This document shows, in pieces, positions 40,351 to 47,206 of a stretch of 64,000 nucleotides of DNA. The stretch is from a virus. The DNA is taken from positions 32,001 through 96,000 of the IMG/VR virus record IMGVR_UViG_3300047160_027173; one strand, given 5' to 3'. A program made the translations under genes and the position numbers. A model generated the notes under the pieces. It was not told the DNA's origin, ran no database searches, and worked only from the letters and a program-made list of their open reading frames with translations. Position 1 is the stretch's first letter; every line of letters begins with the position of its first letter.

Positions 40351-42978
40351 TTAGGTCAGAGCGAACGGGCCCACGAAGACGGTCTCGGTTCCGGCCGAGG
40401 TCCAGACAGTCTGCGGGATGGCGTTGAGGGCGGTGTCGGCCATCGTGAACCGGAACGAGGTCGTGAACGGCGTCGTGCACTGGCACAGGTACCAGCCGCT
40501 GCCGAGAGAGGTGATGGCGCCGACGGCACCGCCAGCGGTGGCGGCGACCGTGCCCAGGCTGAGGTCGAAGATGGCGTAGGCGCCGTCGTTGCTCTGGTCC
40601 CAGATGGTGATGAAGTTGACCGTGCCCGCCTTGTAGGCACCGCTGCCCTGGCTGCCGGTGCCGAGGAGGGTGTTCGAGTACGCCGAGTGGACGTCCGTGA
40701 CCGCGGCCAACGTGACCGTGCAGGCAGCGAAGAACTGTCCCGTCCAGCTGGAGACGTCTTGAGCCGCGCTCAGGTTCTGGAACACGGACCAGTGCGTGAA
40801 CAGGGCGGCGTCGCCAGAGTTGAGGAACACGTTGGTCGGGATGGGATTACCGCGAGCCTCCACGTAGTAGGAGATGAGGTAGTTCGTCAGGCCCGCTCCG
40901 AGCCAGCTGCTCTCAGGCGGCGTGTGACCGAGGATATCCGCGCCCTGGATGGCCCAGTTCGAGCCGAAGTGGAGCGCGGTCGGAACCGTCATCTCGAAGA
41001 AGTAGAAGCCGTTGCCGGCCGTGTTGACCGTGGACGTGGCCGCGCCGAAGTTCGTGTTGATGCCGGTCTGGAGATCGAGGACGGAGTAGTCGGCCAGGAC
41101 GGTGTTGTTGTACAGGGTTACGTAGCGGACGCCGGGACCCTGCTTGAAGAAGCCACCGACTTTGGTCGTGCCCAGGGGCAACTGACCATTGCTCCAGGTC
41201 CGGTGACCGCTGTTGGATGGCTGCAGCTGCAGGCTCCAGGCCGCGTTGGCGTTGCCGTCCTGGTCCTGCTGGTCCTGCGCCGGGAACACGCCCAGGTTCA
41301 GCCAGCCAGTGAAGTCGACGCCGCCCGCGGGCGGGTTGAAGTGGCCAGAGGTGACGTCGAAGCTGACGTTGAAGGTCTGCGGGCTGTTGGTGACACCCGA
41401 GGCGAAGACGCTGACGACGGCGTTGTACGTGGCCACGGTCAAGGAGCCAGTCACGGGCTGAGCGGTGATGAGCTGGGAGTTGCCGCTACCGGACTGAGTC
41501 AGGCCGAGCCAGCCGCTGCCCTGGAGGTAGTTGATGCTGGTCGTGACCGTGGGCAGGATACCGCCACCGGTGTTGGAGACGGTCTCGTCCTGGCTGGCCG
41601 GGTTGGCGCCACCAGCCGTGGCCGTGAAGCTGAGGTCGCCTGGGCTCAGGGCGAGCACGGGAGCCACGGAGACCGTGAAGCCGACGTCAACGACCTGAGG
41701 GGTGTTCGAGGCGCCAGGGCTGTTGATGCTGACCTGAGCCGAGTACGAACCCGCGGCCAATGAGCCCGTGCTGGGCGCGACCTGCAGCGAGAAGGCGTCA
41801 CCGCCACCGACGATGGTCGCGTCCAGCCAGCCCGTGGCGCCGGTGCCGTAGGTGACGAGGACGAAAGGCGAGGCCAGGCTACCGCCACCGCTGTTGAAGA
41901 CGGCCAGGGTCTGGAGGGCGGGATCGCTGCCGCCCTCGATGGCACTGAAGGACAGCGACGAGCCCGACGGGAACATGGTCGGGCGACGGGCGCTGGCGGC
42001 TGCACCGGCCGCGGCCGAGGGAGACTGGACCGTGCCCCAGTTCTGGTCAAACTCAAGATCGGTGAGATTCGAGATGACCTTGACGTCGGGCTCCACGACG
42101 AGGATCTTCTGCGTGAAGGCCTTGGGCCAGTACTGGCGGACCTTGCCGGTGATGGTGATGTACCGGCTGAAGAAGGACTCGGTGTCGACGATGGGGTTGC
42201 GGCTGAAGTCCGAGCTGGAGAAGACGCTCTGCTCGAAGCCGCGGTGCTCCAGGAGGTCCTGCTTGTAGCGGAGCAGGATGAAGCAGACGATGCTGTGCAG
42301 CCAGGTCAGGTAGGTGGGCTCGGCGGCGCAGTGCACGCCGATCTGGTAGACCTCGTTGTAGAGCACGGACTCCAGGAAGTTGATGCCCGTCGGGGGCACG
42401 CCGCGGACGACCATGCCCTGGAGGTTGCCTACCGCGCCCGGGCGAATCTGGATGGTGTCGGCGCCGGCAGTGCCGACGACGGGGATGCGGGTGCCGTCCC
42501 GGAGGAGGACGAGCATGTCCGAGACGATGATGAAGGAGCCGATAGTGCCCTGGGGCCAGGTGATGATGCCTGTCGCGGGGTCGTAGCCGATGGGGTCAAC
42601 AGGGCCCAAGAGGTTGGGCCAGGTAAGGTCGTTCTCTTCCTGGGGAATGTAGTGGGTGTCGCCGGTCGTGACTTCGGTCTCGGAGCTGCTGACGAGCTTG
42701 ATGCTGATGGTGAACGGCTTGGGCTCGTTCGAGACCGGGACCATGCGGACGCTGATCTGGTTGTTCTGGAACCACTTCCGGGCCTGGGCGATGTCGCGCT
42801 CGCCGTACTTGGCCCGGGTCAGGTCGTCCTGGGCCTCGCTGGCGAAGACGTAGTCCAGCAGCCAGGGATTCCTGCGCAGGTCTGCGATCCCCTCCTCAAG
42901 GGCGGAGCGGATGATGATGTCGCTCTGAAAGATGCCCTGAGCTTCGGTGGTCCGGACCGGGACCTGGTAGTCAGCCAT
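40351..42978 (-). CDS. Neck/tail-completion protein fused to BACON/Ig-like and carbohydrate-binding-like domains
   Basis: Start reassigned to MADYQVP (late motif 6 nt upstream). Two 'LSF.A..GG..PA.Q...V.N.GGG.L...GWL' repeats. Confidence 0.65.
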   Translation of the reverse strand: MADYQVPVRTTEAQGIFQSDIIIRSALEEGIADLRRNPWLLDYVFASEAQDDLTRAKYGERDIAQARKWFQNNQISVRMVPVSNEPKPFTISIKLVSSSETEVTTGDTHYIPQEENDLTWPNLLGPVDPIGYDPATGIITWPQGTIGSFIIVSDMLVLLRDGTRIPVVGTAGADTIQIRPGAVGNLQGMVVRGVPPTGINFLESVLYNEVYQIGVHCAAEPTYLTWLHSIVCFILLRYKQDLLEHRGFEQSVFSSSDFSRNPIVDTESFFSRYITITGKVRQYWPKAFTQKILVVEPDVKVISNLTDLEFDQNWGTVQSPSAAAGAAASARRPTMFPSGSSLSFSAIEGGSDPALQTLAVFNSGGGSLASPFVLVTYGTGATGWLDATIVGGGDAFSLQVAPSTGSLAAGSYSAQVSINSPGASNTPQVVDVGFTVSVAPVLALSPGDLSFTATAGGANPASQDETVSNTGGGILPTVTTSINYLQGSGWLGLTQSGSGNSQLITAQPVTGSLTVATYNAVVSVFASGVTNSPQTFNVSFDVTSGHFNPPAGGVDFTGWLNLGVFPAQDQQDQDGNANAAWSLQLQPSNSGHRTWSNGQLPLGTTKVGGFFKQGPGVRYVTLYNNTVLADYSVLDLQTGINTNFGAATSTVNTAGNGFYFFEMTVPTALHFGSNWAIQGADILGHTPPESSWLGAGLTNYLISYYVEARGNPIPTNVFLNSGDAALFTHWSVFQNLSAAQDVSSWTGQFFAACTVTLAAVTDVHSAYSNTLLGTGSQGSGAYKAGTVNFITIWDQSNDGAYAIFDLSLGTVAATAGGAVGAITSLGSGWYLCQCTTPFTTSFRFTMADTALNAIPQTVWTSAGTETVFVGPFALT

Positions 42979-43003
42979 GGCCCCTAGATTGACGGGTGAA
43001 GAT

Positions 43004-43190
43004 TCGTACGCCGGACGTATCTCACGCCGGTGGCGACGACCTGGTGGGGTGCGGCCTGGGGTGCGACCCCAGGGCCCGTTCCAGGTTGGCTCCCGATCCC
43101 GAGGCGGCTGCAGCAACCTCTTTCACACCGGCTCTAGGCCGGCGGCACGTACGAGTTGCCTAGGTTAACGGCGACGGTTGCGTCCGGCAA
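43004..43190 (-). ncRNA. Unidentified highly structured RNA at the distal end of the tRNA array
   Basis: At least six complementary stems including crossing pairs, and no credible ORF. Strand is assumed from the array. Confidence 0.5.
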
Positions 43191-43213
43191 AGGAGTCTCT
43201 AACAACAGGACAG

Positions 43214-43286
43214 TTCCCCCGCTACGACTCGAACGTAGATTTTCGGATTCAGAGTCCGACGGGCTGCCAATTACCACCACGGGGGA
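43214..43286 (-). tRNA. tRNA-Gln(CUG)
   Basis: Cloverleaf; loop CTCTGAA. Confidence 0.9.
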
Positions 43287-43291
43287 TCAAG

Positions 43292-43365
43292 CTCCAGGGG
43301 TTGGGATCGAACCAACCTAGTCCGAATTAACAGTTCGGCGCAGTCACCCTGATTGCTACCCTGGA
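43292..43365 (-). tRNA. tRNA-Asn(GUU)
   Basis: Loop CTGTTAA. Confidence 0.9.
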
Positions 43366-43374
43366 ACACTACAG

Positions 43375-43446
43375 AGCGGGAGAAGGGGATCGAACCCTCG
43401 GCCCTCGCCTTGGCAAGGCGATGCTCTACCGCTGAGCTACTCCCGC
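43375..43446 (-). tRNA. tRNA-Gly(GCC)
   Basis: Loop TTGCCAA. Confidence 0.95.
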
Positions 43447-43459
43447 ATGCGGTACGACA

Positions 43460-43532
43460 TGGAGCTTGTGGGGGTCGAACCCACGACCTCAACACTGCCA
43501 GCGTTGCGCTCTCCCAACTGAGCTAAAGCCCC
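43460..43532 (-). tRNA. tRNA-Ala(GGC)
   Basis: Loop CTGGCAG; G3:U70. Confidence 0.95.
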
Positions 43533-43918
43533 GGAAACTTCTCGTAGGTTGCTGCGTAGTGGATGCCCGTCTTCTGCCCATTCAACGGCGGAGTCAGTCG
43601 CAGCTGGCCGGGACCGTCAAGGGGAATCCAATAAACGACGTCCTTGTGCACAACGGCGAAGAGATCAATCTCCTCGGCTGTGTACTTCCGCCGCACGCCC
43701 GGACGTGGGTAGGACTGTTTCGGGAAGGCAATGGCTGTACCACCTCTCACCAACTGCCCAGTCTTGACCTGGACCCGGATCAGCTTGGTACCGACCTCGA
43801 CGAGGAGGTCGCAGCGCCCGCCATCCCCAAAGGGGAGGTAGGGGACCAGATTCTCTCGGAGGAGCCAACTGGTCACAATCGCGAGCGAGCGGTTCCCGAT
43901 GGCGCTGGTGTTCTTCAC
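43523..43918 (-). CDS. PD-(D/E)XK endonuclease (group I intron-associated family-like)
   Basis: 'PFGDGGRCDLLV....IRVQVKT...KYTAEEIDLFAV'. Confidence 0.85.
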   Translation of the reverse strand: MKNTSAIGNRSLAIVTSWLLRENLVPYLPFGDGGRCDLLVEVGTKLIRVQVKTGQLVRGGTAIAFPKQSYPRPGVRRKYTAEEIDLFAVVHKDVVYWIPLDGPGQLRLTPPLNGQKTGIHYAATYEKFPGL

Positions 43919-43942
43919 GTTCTGTACTTAACACCGACACAG

Positions 43943-44014
43943 AGCCCGCGCTCGGAGTCGAACCGAGTCCTTCCGTCTTACAAGGGCGGCGCTCTCCCTC
44001 TGAGCTACGCGGGC
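43943..44014 (-). tRNA. tRNA-Thr(UGU)
   Basis: Loop CTTGTAA. Confidence 0.9.
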
Positions 44015-44016
44015 AA

Positions 44017-44085
44017 TACCCCCGCCCGGACTCGAACCGGGGAGGCTGGTTTAGGAAACCGGCCGCTGACTCCATCAGCGGGGGC
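44017..44085 (-). tRNA. tRNA-Arg(CCU), reduced D-arm
   Basis: Loop TTCCTAA; short D region. Confidence 0.75.
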
Positions 44086-44089
44086 GTGA

Positions 44090-44160
44090 AGCTCCGGGGC
44101 AGAGTCGAACTGCCGTCTCCAAGGTACGAGCTTGGCGTTCTGCCGTTGAACCACGAGAGC
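44090..44160 (-). tRNA. tRNA-Thr(CGU)
   Basis: Loop CTCGTAC. Confidence 0.85.
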
Positions 44161-44163
44161 GTG

Positions 44164-44250
44164 CGGAGCCACGAGGATTCGAACCTCGGTAACGGTTTCC
44201 CGTCAACTGGTTTAGCAAACCAGCGCCTTCAGCCTCTCGGCCATGGCTCC
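44164..44250 (-). tRNA. tRNA-Ser(GCU)
   Basis: Loop TTGCTAA; long variable arm. Confidence 0.9.
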
Positions 44251-44253
44251 ATG

Positions 44254-44324
44254 TCGGTGATGGTGGAGTCGAACCACCGTCGAAGCGTTATGAGCACCCC
44301 GTCCTGCCGTTGAACGAATCACCG
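44254..44324 (-). tRNA. tRNA-Met or Ile2 (CAU)
   Basis: Loop CTCATAA; wobble-rich anticodon stem. Confidence 0.75.
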
Positions 44325-44329
44325 ATGAG

Positions 44330-44404
44330 ATGCGGACCCGAGAGTCGGACTCGGTATCTCCAGCTTATGAGGCTGGCGTGGTTCTTCCGTTCCACTCGCC
44401 CGCG
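44330..44404 (-). tRNA. tRNA-Met(CAU), initiator-like
   Basis: 5' CGCGGG with C1:A72 mismatch; loop CTCATAA. Confidence 0.8.
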
Positions 44405-44406
44405 AG

Positions 44407-44477
44407 CAGGCCGTGAAGGAGTCGAACCCTCACCAAGGGGTTTGGAGTCCCTTGTGCTACCGCTACACCAACGGCCT
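44407..44477 (-). tRNA. tRNA-Trp(CCA)
   Basis: Loop CTCCAAA. Confidence 0.9.
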
Positions 44478-44481
44478 ATAA

Positions 44482-44552
44482 TGCTCCCTCTGAGAATCGA
44501 ACTCAGATCGCGACCGTACCAGGGCCGTGCTCTTCCACTGAGCTAAGGGAGC
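44482..44552 (-). tRNA. tRNA-Thr(GGU)
   Basis: Loop CTGGTAC. Confidence 0.9.
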
Positions 44553-44980
44553 TTGCGCTGCTGCTTCCAGGTCCGAACGCGATGGCAGTTCGCGCAGACC
44601 AGGTCGCACTTGGCGATCTCTTCCAGGACACGCTGCTTGTTGAAGCCTGTCACGCGCATCATGGAGACGTTCTCGGTTTTCTGCGTCGGATCGCGGTGGT
44701 CGAAGTCCATGACGTACGGCGGATACTTCACACCGCAGTCCATGCAGGGATGGTCCTTGATCTCATGGATCATGACATCCAGCTCAGCTCGGTGCTTGAT
44801 CTCACGTCGCCGAGCCTTGTCCTTGTACATCTTCGGGTTCTCCAGGTAGTGATTCCGGTGATACTCGGCCTGGCAAGGCTTGCACTTACCGATGCGGCCG
44901 TCCTTGCTGCGCGCGTTCTTGTGGAACTCGCCCAAGGGCTTCTCGACCTGGCACGTGTTGCAGCGCTTCATCCGGATCAT
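44543..44980 (-). CDS. HNH endonuclease with N-terminal zinc finger
   Basis: 'KRCNTC...CKPC', 'PCMDCG.....VMDFDH', 'EIAKCDLVCANCHRVRT'. Start reassigned because the track extension runs through tRNAs. Confidence 0.9.
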   Translation of the reverse strand: MIRMKRCNTCQVEKPLGEFHKNARSKDGRIGKCKPCQAEYHRNHYLENPKMYKDKARRREIKHRAELDVMIHEIKDHPCMDCGVKYPPYVMDFDHRDPTQKTENVSMMRVTGFNKQRVLEEIAKCDLVCANCHRVRTWKQQRKLP

Positions 44981-44989
44981 ATAACAGTG

Positions 44990-45062
44990 GGCGGCCACTC
45001 GGACTCGAACCGAGATCTCAAGGCTTGGAAGGCCTGCGTCTTGCCATTGGAGCCATGGCCGC
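44990..45062 (-). tRNA. tRNA-Gly(UCC)
   Basis: Loop CTTCCAA. Confidence 0.9.
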
Positions 45063-45065
45063 GTA

Positions 45066-45151
45066 CGGAGGAAGTAGGAATCGAACCCGGCCGCTTGCGC
45101 AGCTTCCGGTTTTCGAGACCGGCGAGAGCACCATTGCCCTCCGCTTCCTCC
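45066..45151 (-). tRNA. tRNA-Ser(CGA)
   Basis: Loop CTCGAAA; long variable arm. Confidence 0.85.
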
Positions 45152-45154
45152 ATG

Positions 45155-45226
45155 TGACCCCACCGGGTGTCGATCCCGGTCCTGCAGCGTGAGAGGCTGC
45201 TGACCTAGCCGGTAGTCTATGGGGCC
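45155..45226 (-). tRNA. tRNA-Glu(CUC)
   Basis: Loop CTCTCAC. Confidence 0.9.
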
Positions 45227-45296
45227 AAAAATAGGGGTCGGGGGCAGATGTTATCCCCGACTGCTTCAGGCGCGTCCGCCGCTGTGCTTTCCCCAG

Positions 45297-45368
45297 TGCA
45301 GCCTAGTGGGATTGAACCACTGACCTCCCCCGTGTCAGGGGGGCGCTCTTCCGCTGAGCTAAGGCTGC
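45297..45368 (-). tRNA. tRNA-Val(GAC)
   Basis: Loop CTGACAC. Confidence 0.9.
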
Positions 45369-45371
45369 ATG

Positions 45372-45443
45372 TCGAAGGACTGGGACTCGAACCCAGAACG
45401 CCGGCTTCCGACGCCGGAAGGTTAGCCATTACCTCATCCCTCG
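45372..45443 (-). tRNA. tRNA-Pro(CGG)
   Basis: Loop GTCGGAA; C1:G72. Confidence 0.8.
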
Positions 45444-45448
45444 ATGTA

Positions 45449-45521
45449 TTGCGGAACTCCGGGTCGAACGGAGATCTACGGGTTCAAAGCCCGCCGGGCT
45501 GCCAGTTACCACCATTCCGCA
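45449..45521 (-). tRNA. tRNA-Gln(UUG)
   Basis: Loop CTTTGAA. Confidence 0.85.
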
Positions 45522-45522
45522 G

Positions 45523-45595
45523 AGACAGATGCGAGAGTCGAACTCGCCTCTTCGGGGTTGCAACCCGAGGCCCTCACCGCGAGGACGAATCTGTC
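45523..45595 (-). tRNA. tRNA-Cys(GCA)
   Basis: Loop TTGCAAC; U73. Confidence 0.85.
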
Positions 45596-45597
45596 GT

Positions 45598-45670
45598 TGA
45601 GTCTGCTCGGATTCGAACCGAGAACGCATGGTTTAAAAGACCAGTGTGATAGCCGTTTCACCACAAACTC
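45598..45670 (-). tRNA. tRNA-Lys(UUU)
   Basis: Loop CTTTTAA. Confidence 0.85.
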
Positions 45671-45673
45671 GTA

Positions 45674-45754
45674 TGGGCAGGGAGGGACTCGAACCCTCAA
45701 GCCTTTCGGCGCTGGCTTCTGAGACCAACGTGTATACCATTCCACCACCGGCCC
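45674..45754 (-). tRNA. tRNA-Leu(CAG)
   Basis: Loop CTCAGAA; long variable arm. Confidence 0.9.
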
Positions 45755-45757
45755 GTG

Positions 45758-45831
45758 TGCCGCGGGAGGGACTCGAACCCTCACAATCCAGACTCTCAGT
45801 CTGGCACGTATACCAATTCCGTCACCTCGGC
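45758..45831 (-). tRNA. tRNA-Leu(GAG), short variable arm
   Basis: Loop CTGAGAG; Leu-type D-arm. Confidence 0.85.
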
Positions 45832-45835
45832 ATGC

Positions 45836-45907
45836 AGCGCTGCAGGGAATCGAACCCTGAACTCCACGTTCGTAGCATGGCGTGATGAATCCGTTTCACC
45901 ACAGCGC
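45836..45907 (-). tRNA. tRNA-Arg(ACG)
   Basis: Loop CTACGAA. Confidence 0.85.
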
Positions 45908-45910
45908 CAG

Positions 45911-45984
45911 CACGACCGAAGGGAATCGAACCCTCATCACCGCCTTCGGAGGGCGGTACTCTTCATCCGTTGAGCTACGGTCGC
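45911..45984 (-). tRNA. tRNA-Arg(CCG)
   Basis: Loop CTCCGAA. Confidence 0.9.
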
Positions 45985-45986
45985 AG

Positions 45987-46071
45987 TTGAGGAGGAGGGA
46001 ATCGAACCCTCTTGTGAGATCGTCACACCGGTTTTACAGACCGGCGTCCCTTCCAGTGGAACCTCTCCTCA
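45987..46071 (-). tRNA. tRNA-Tyr(GUA)
   Basis: Loop CTGTAAA; long variable arm. Confidence 0.85.
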
Positions 46072-46072
46072 G

Positions 46073-46144
46073 TAGTTCCTCAGGGGATCGAACCCTGGAC
46101 CTTCGCCTTGTAAGGGCGCCGCTCTTCCGCTGAGCTAAGGAACT
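46073..46144 (-). tRNA. tRNA-Val(UAC)
   Basis: Loop CTTACAA. Confidence 0.9.
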
Positions 46145-46147
46145 GTG

Positions 46148-46218
46148 TAGGCTCGTAGGGAATCGAACCCTCGTCATGCGCCTATCGAGCGCAGGTCTTA
46201 CCACTAGACGACGAGCCA
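46148..46218 (-). tRNA. tRNA-Ile(GAU)
   Basis: Loop TCGATAG (C33). Confidence 0.8.
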
Positions 46219-46219
46219 G

Positions 46220-46293
46220 TCGAGAGACCGAGATTCGAACTCGGAACGAAGGCTTCCAAGGCCAACATGATACGCAGGTTTCAACATCTCTCG
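46220..46293 (-). tRNA. tRNA-Pro(UGG)
   Basis: Loop CTTGGAA. Confidence 0.8.
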
Positions 46294-46297
46294 TTGA

Positions 46298-46371
46298 TGC
46301 ATCGGGGAGGACTCGAACCTCCACTGGTCGGGGTTTGAAGCCGCTGTCTCCTACCGTTGGACTACCGATGC
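46298..46371 (-). tRNA. tRNA-Leu(CAA), short variable arm (alternative register gives UCA)
   Basis: Anticodon arm AGCGGCTTCAAACCCCGA pairs imperfectly in either register. Confidence 0.65.
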
Positions 46372-46373
46372 GT

Positions 46374-46444
46374 TGGACCGCCGGGGAATCGAACCCGGGT
46401 TGACCGGTTAAGAGCCGGCTGTTCTACCATTGAACTAGCAGTCC
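46374..46444 (-). tRNA. tRNA-Lys(CUU)
   Basis: Loop CTCTTAA. Confidence 0.9.
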
Positions 46445-46445
46445 G

Positions 46446-46527
46446 TGAAACGCCCTGTTGCTCTTCCTTTAAGCTAGCCGCCCCATACGGGACGGCGCCG
46501 GATTCGAACCGGCATCACAGGGTCTAG
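46446..46527 (-). ncRNA. Circularly permuted tRNA-like (YrlA-like) RNA
   Basis: Order on the minus strand: CCCTGT, T-arm GCCGG TTCGAAT CCGGC, acceptor hairpin GCCGTCC-CGTATG-GGGCGGC, D-arm TAGCTTAAAGGAAGAGC, ACAGGG. Confidence 0.75.
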
Positions 46528-46599
46528 TTGCTCCGAACGGGTTTGAGCCGTTACCCTCCCAGGTAGAAGCTGGGCGCTCTCTCATTGAGCTACGGAGCA
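46528..46599 (-). tRNA. tRNA-Arg(UCU)
   Basis: Loop CTTCTAC. Confidence 0.85.
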
Positions 46600-46600
46600 G

Positions 46601-46672
46601 TGGAGTCGCAGGGAGTCGAACCCTGAATTTCTGGGTGCAAACCAGATGTGTTCCCGCTAGCACTACGACCCC
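46601..46672 (-). tRNA. tRNA-Ala(UGC)
   Basis: Loop TTTGCAC; G3:U70. Confidence 0.9.
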
Positions 46673-46675
46673 ATG

Positions 46676-46748
46676 CGCCTTCTCTTGGTTCCGACCCAAG
46701 GTCTCCGGCTTTTCAGACCGGCGCTTCCACCAGGTTAGCTTAGAAGGC
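46676..46748 (-). tRNA. tRNA-Phe(GAA)
   Basis: Loop CTGAAAA. Confidence 0.85.
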
Positions 46749-46751
46749 AAG

Positions 46752-46823
46752 CACCTCGTAGGGGTTTCGATCCCCTCTCTTCGGCTTGAAAGGCCGAGGA
46801 CCTCACCAGAAGTCGAACGAGGC
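46752..46823 (-). tRNA. tRNA-Glu(UUC)
   Basis: Loop CTTTCAA. Confidence 0.85.
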
Positions 46824-46827
46824 ACAG

Positions 46828-46895
46828 CGTATCCCCCGAGAATCGAACTCGGCTTAGCCGGTTAACAGCCGGCCCTAGGACCCAGCACGGGACAC
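46828..46895 (-). tRNA. tRNA-Asn(GUU)-like, shrunken D-arm
   Basis: Good acceptor, anticodon and T arms; D region only ~12 nt. Confidence 0.65.
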
Positions 46896-46972
46896 AAGCT
46901 CCCTCCACTTCGTGCACAAGTCCGCTAAGGGTCTCGGCCAATGCCGACGCGGTTACGGGGGGAAGAACCCAG

Positions 46973-47044
46973 CGCTCCGTACGAGGGTCGAACTCGTCTC
47001 AACTGCTAGACAGGCAGTCTGCGACACCGGTCGCATCACGAAGC
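46973..47044 (-). tRNA. tRNA-Asp(GUC)
   Basis: Loop CTGTCTA. Confidence 0.85.
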
Positions 47045-47046
47045 AA

Positions 47047-47120
47047 GGGCGATTGTCCGGTATCGATCCGGAACTGCGAGGGTCACGACCTCGCGTGCAG
47101 GCCACTACACTACAACCGCC
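47047..47120 (-). tRNA. tRNA-His(GUG)
   Basis: Loop TCGTGAC (C33); C73. Confidence 0.85.
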
Positions 47121-47206
47121 ATCATCTATTCCGCGCTAAGCCTCTTCATCGGGTCCACCGTGAGGCCGCTCCTGGGCACTGTGACTACTCCATCATCTCC
47201 GTTCTG

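Noticed and set aside
635-41763. Long plus-strand ORFs (e.g. 635-2191, 2393-3877, 8086-10491, 14507-16279, 33876-36578, 39412-41763)
   Set aside because: Antisense shadows of GC3-biased minus-strand genes. V/G/D/A-rich with no motifs or RBS.
43004-43190. RNase P RNA, tmRNA or group I intron
   Set aside because: No GAGGAAAGUCC, no tRNA-Ala-like ends, and no P7 consensus seen.
43271-47139. Many short ORFs across the tRNA array
   Set aside because: They are translations of tRNA sequence. Only the two endonucleases have protein motifs.
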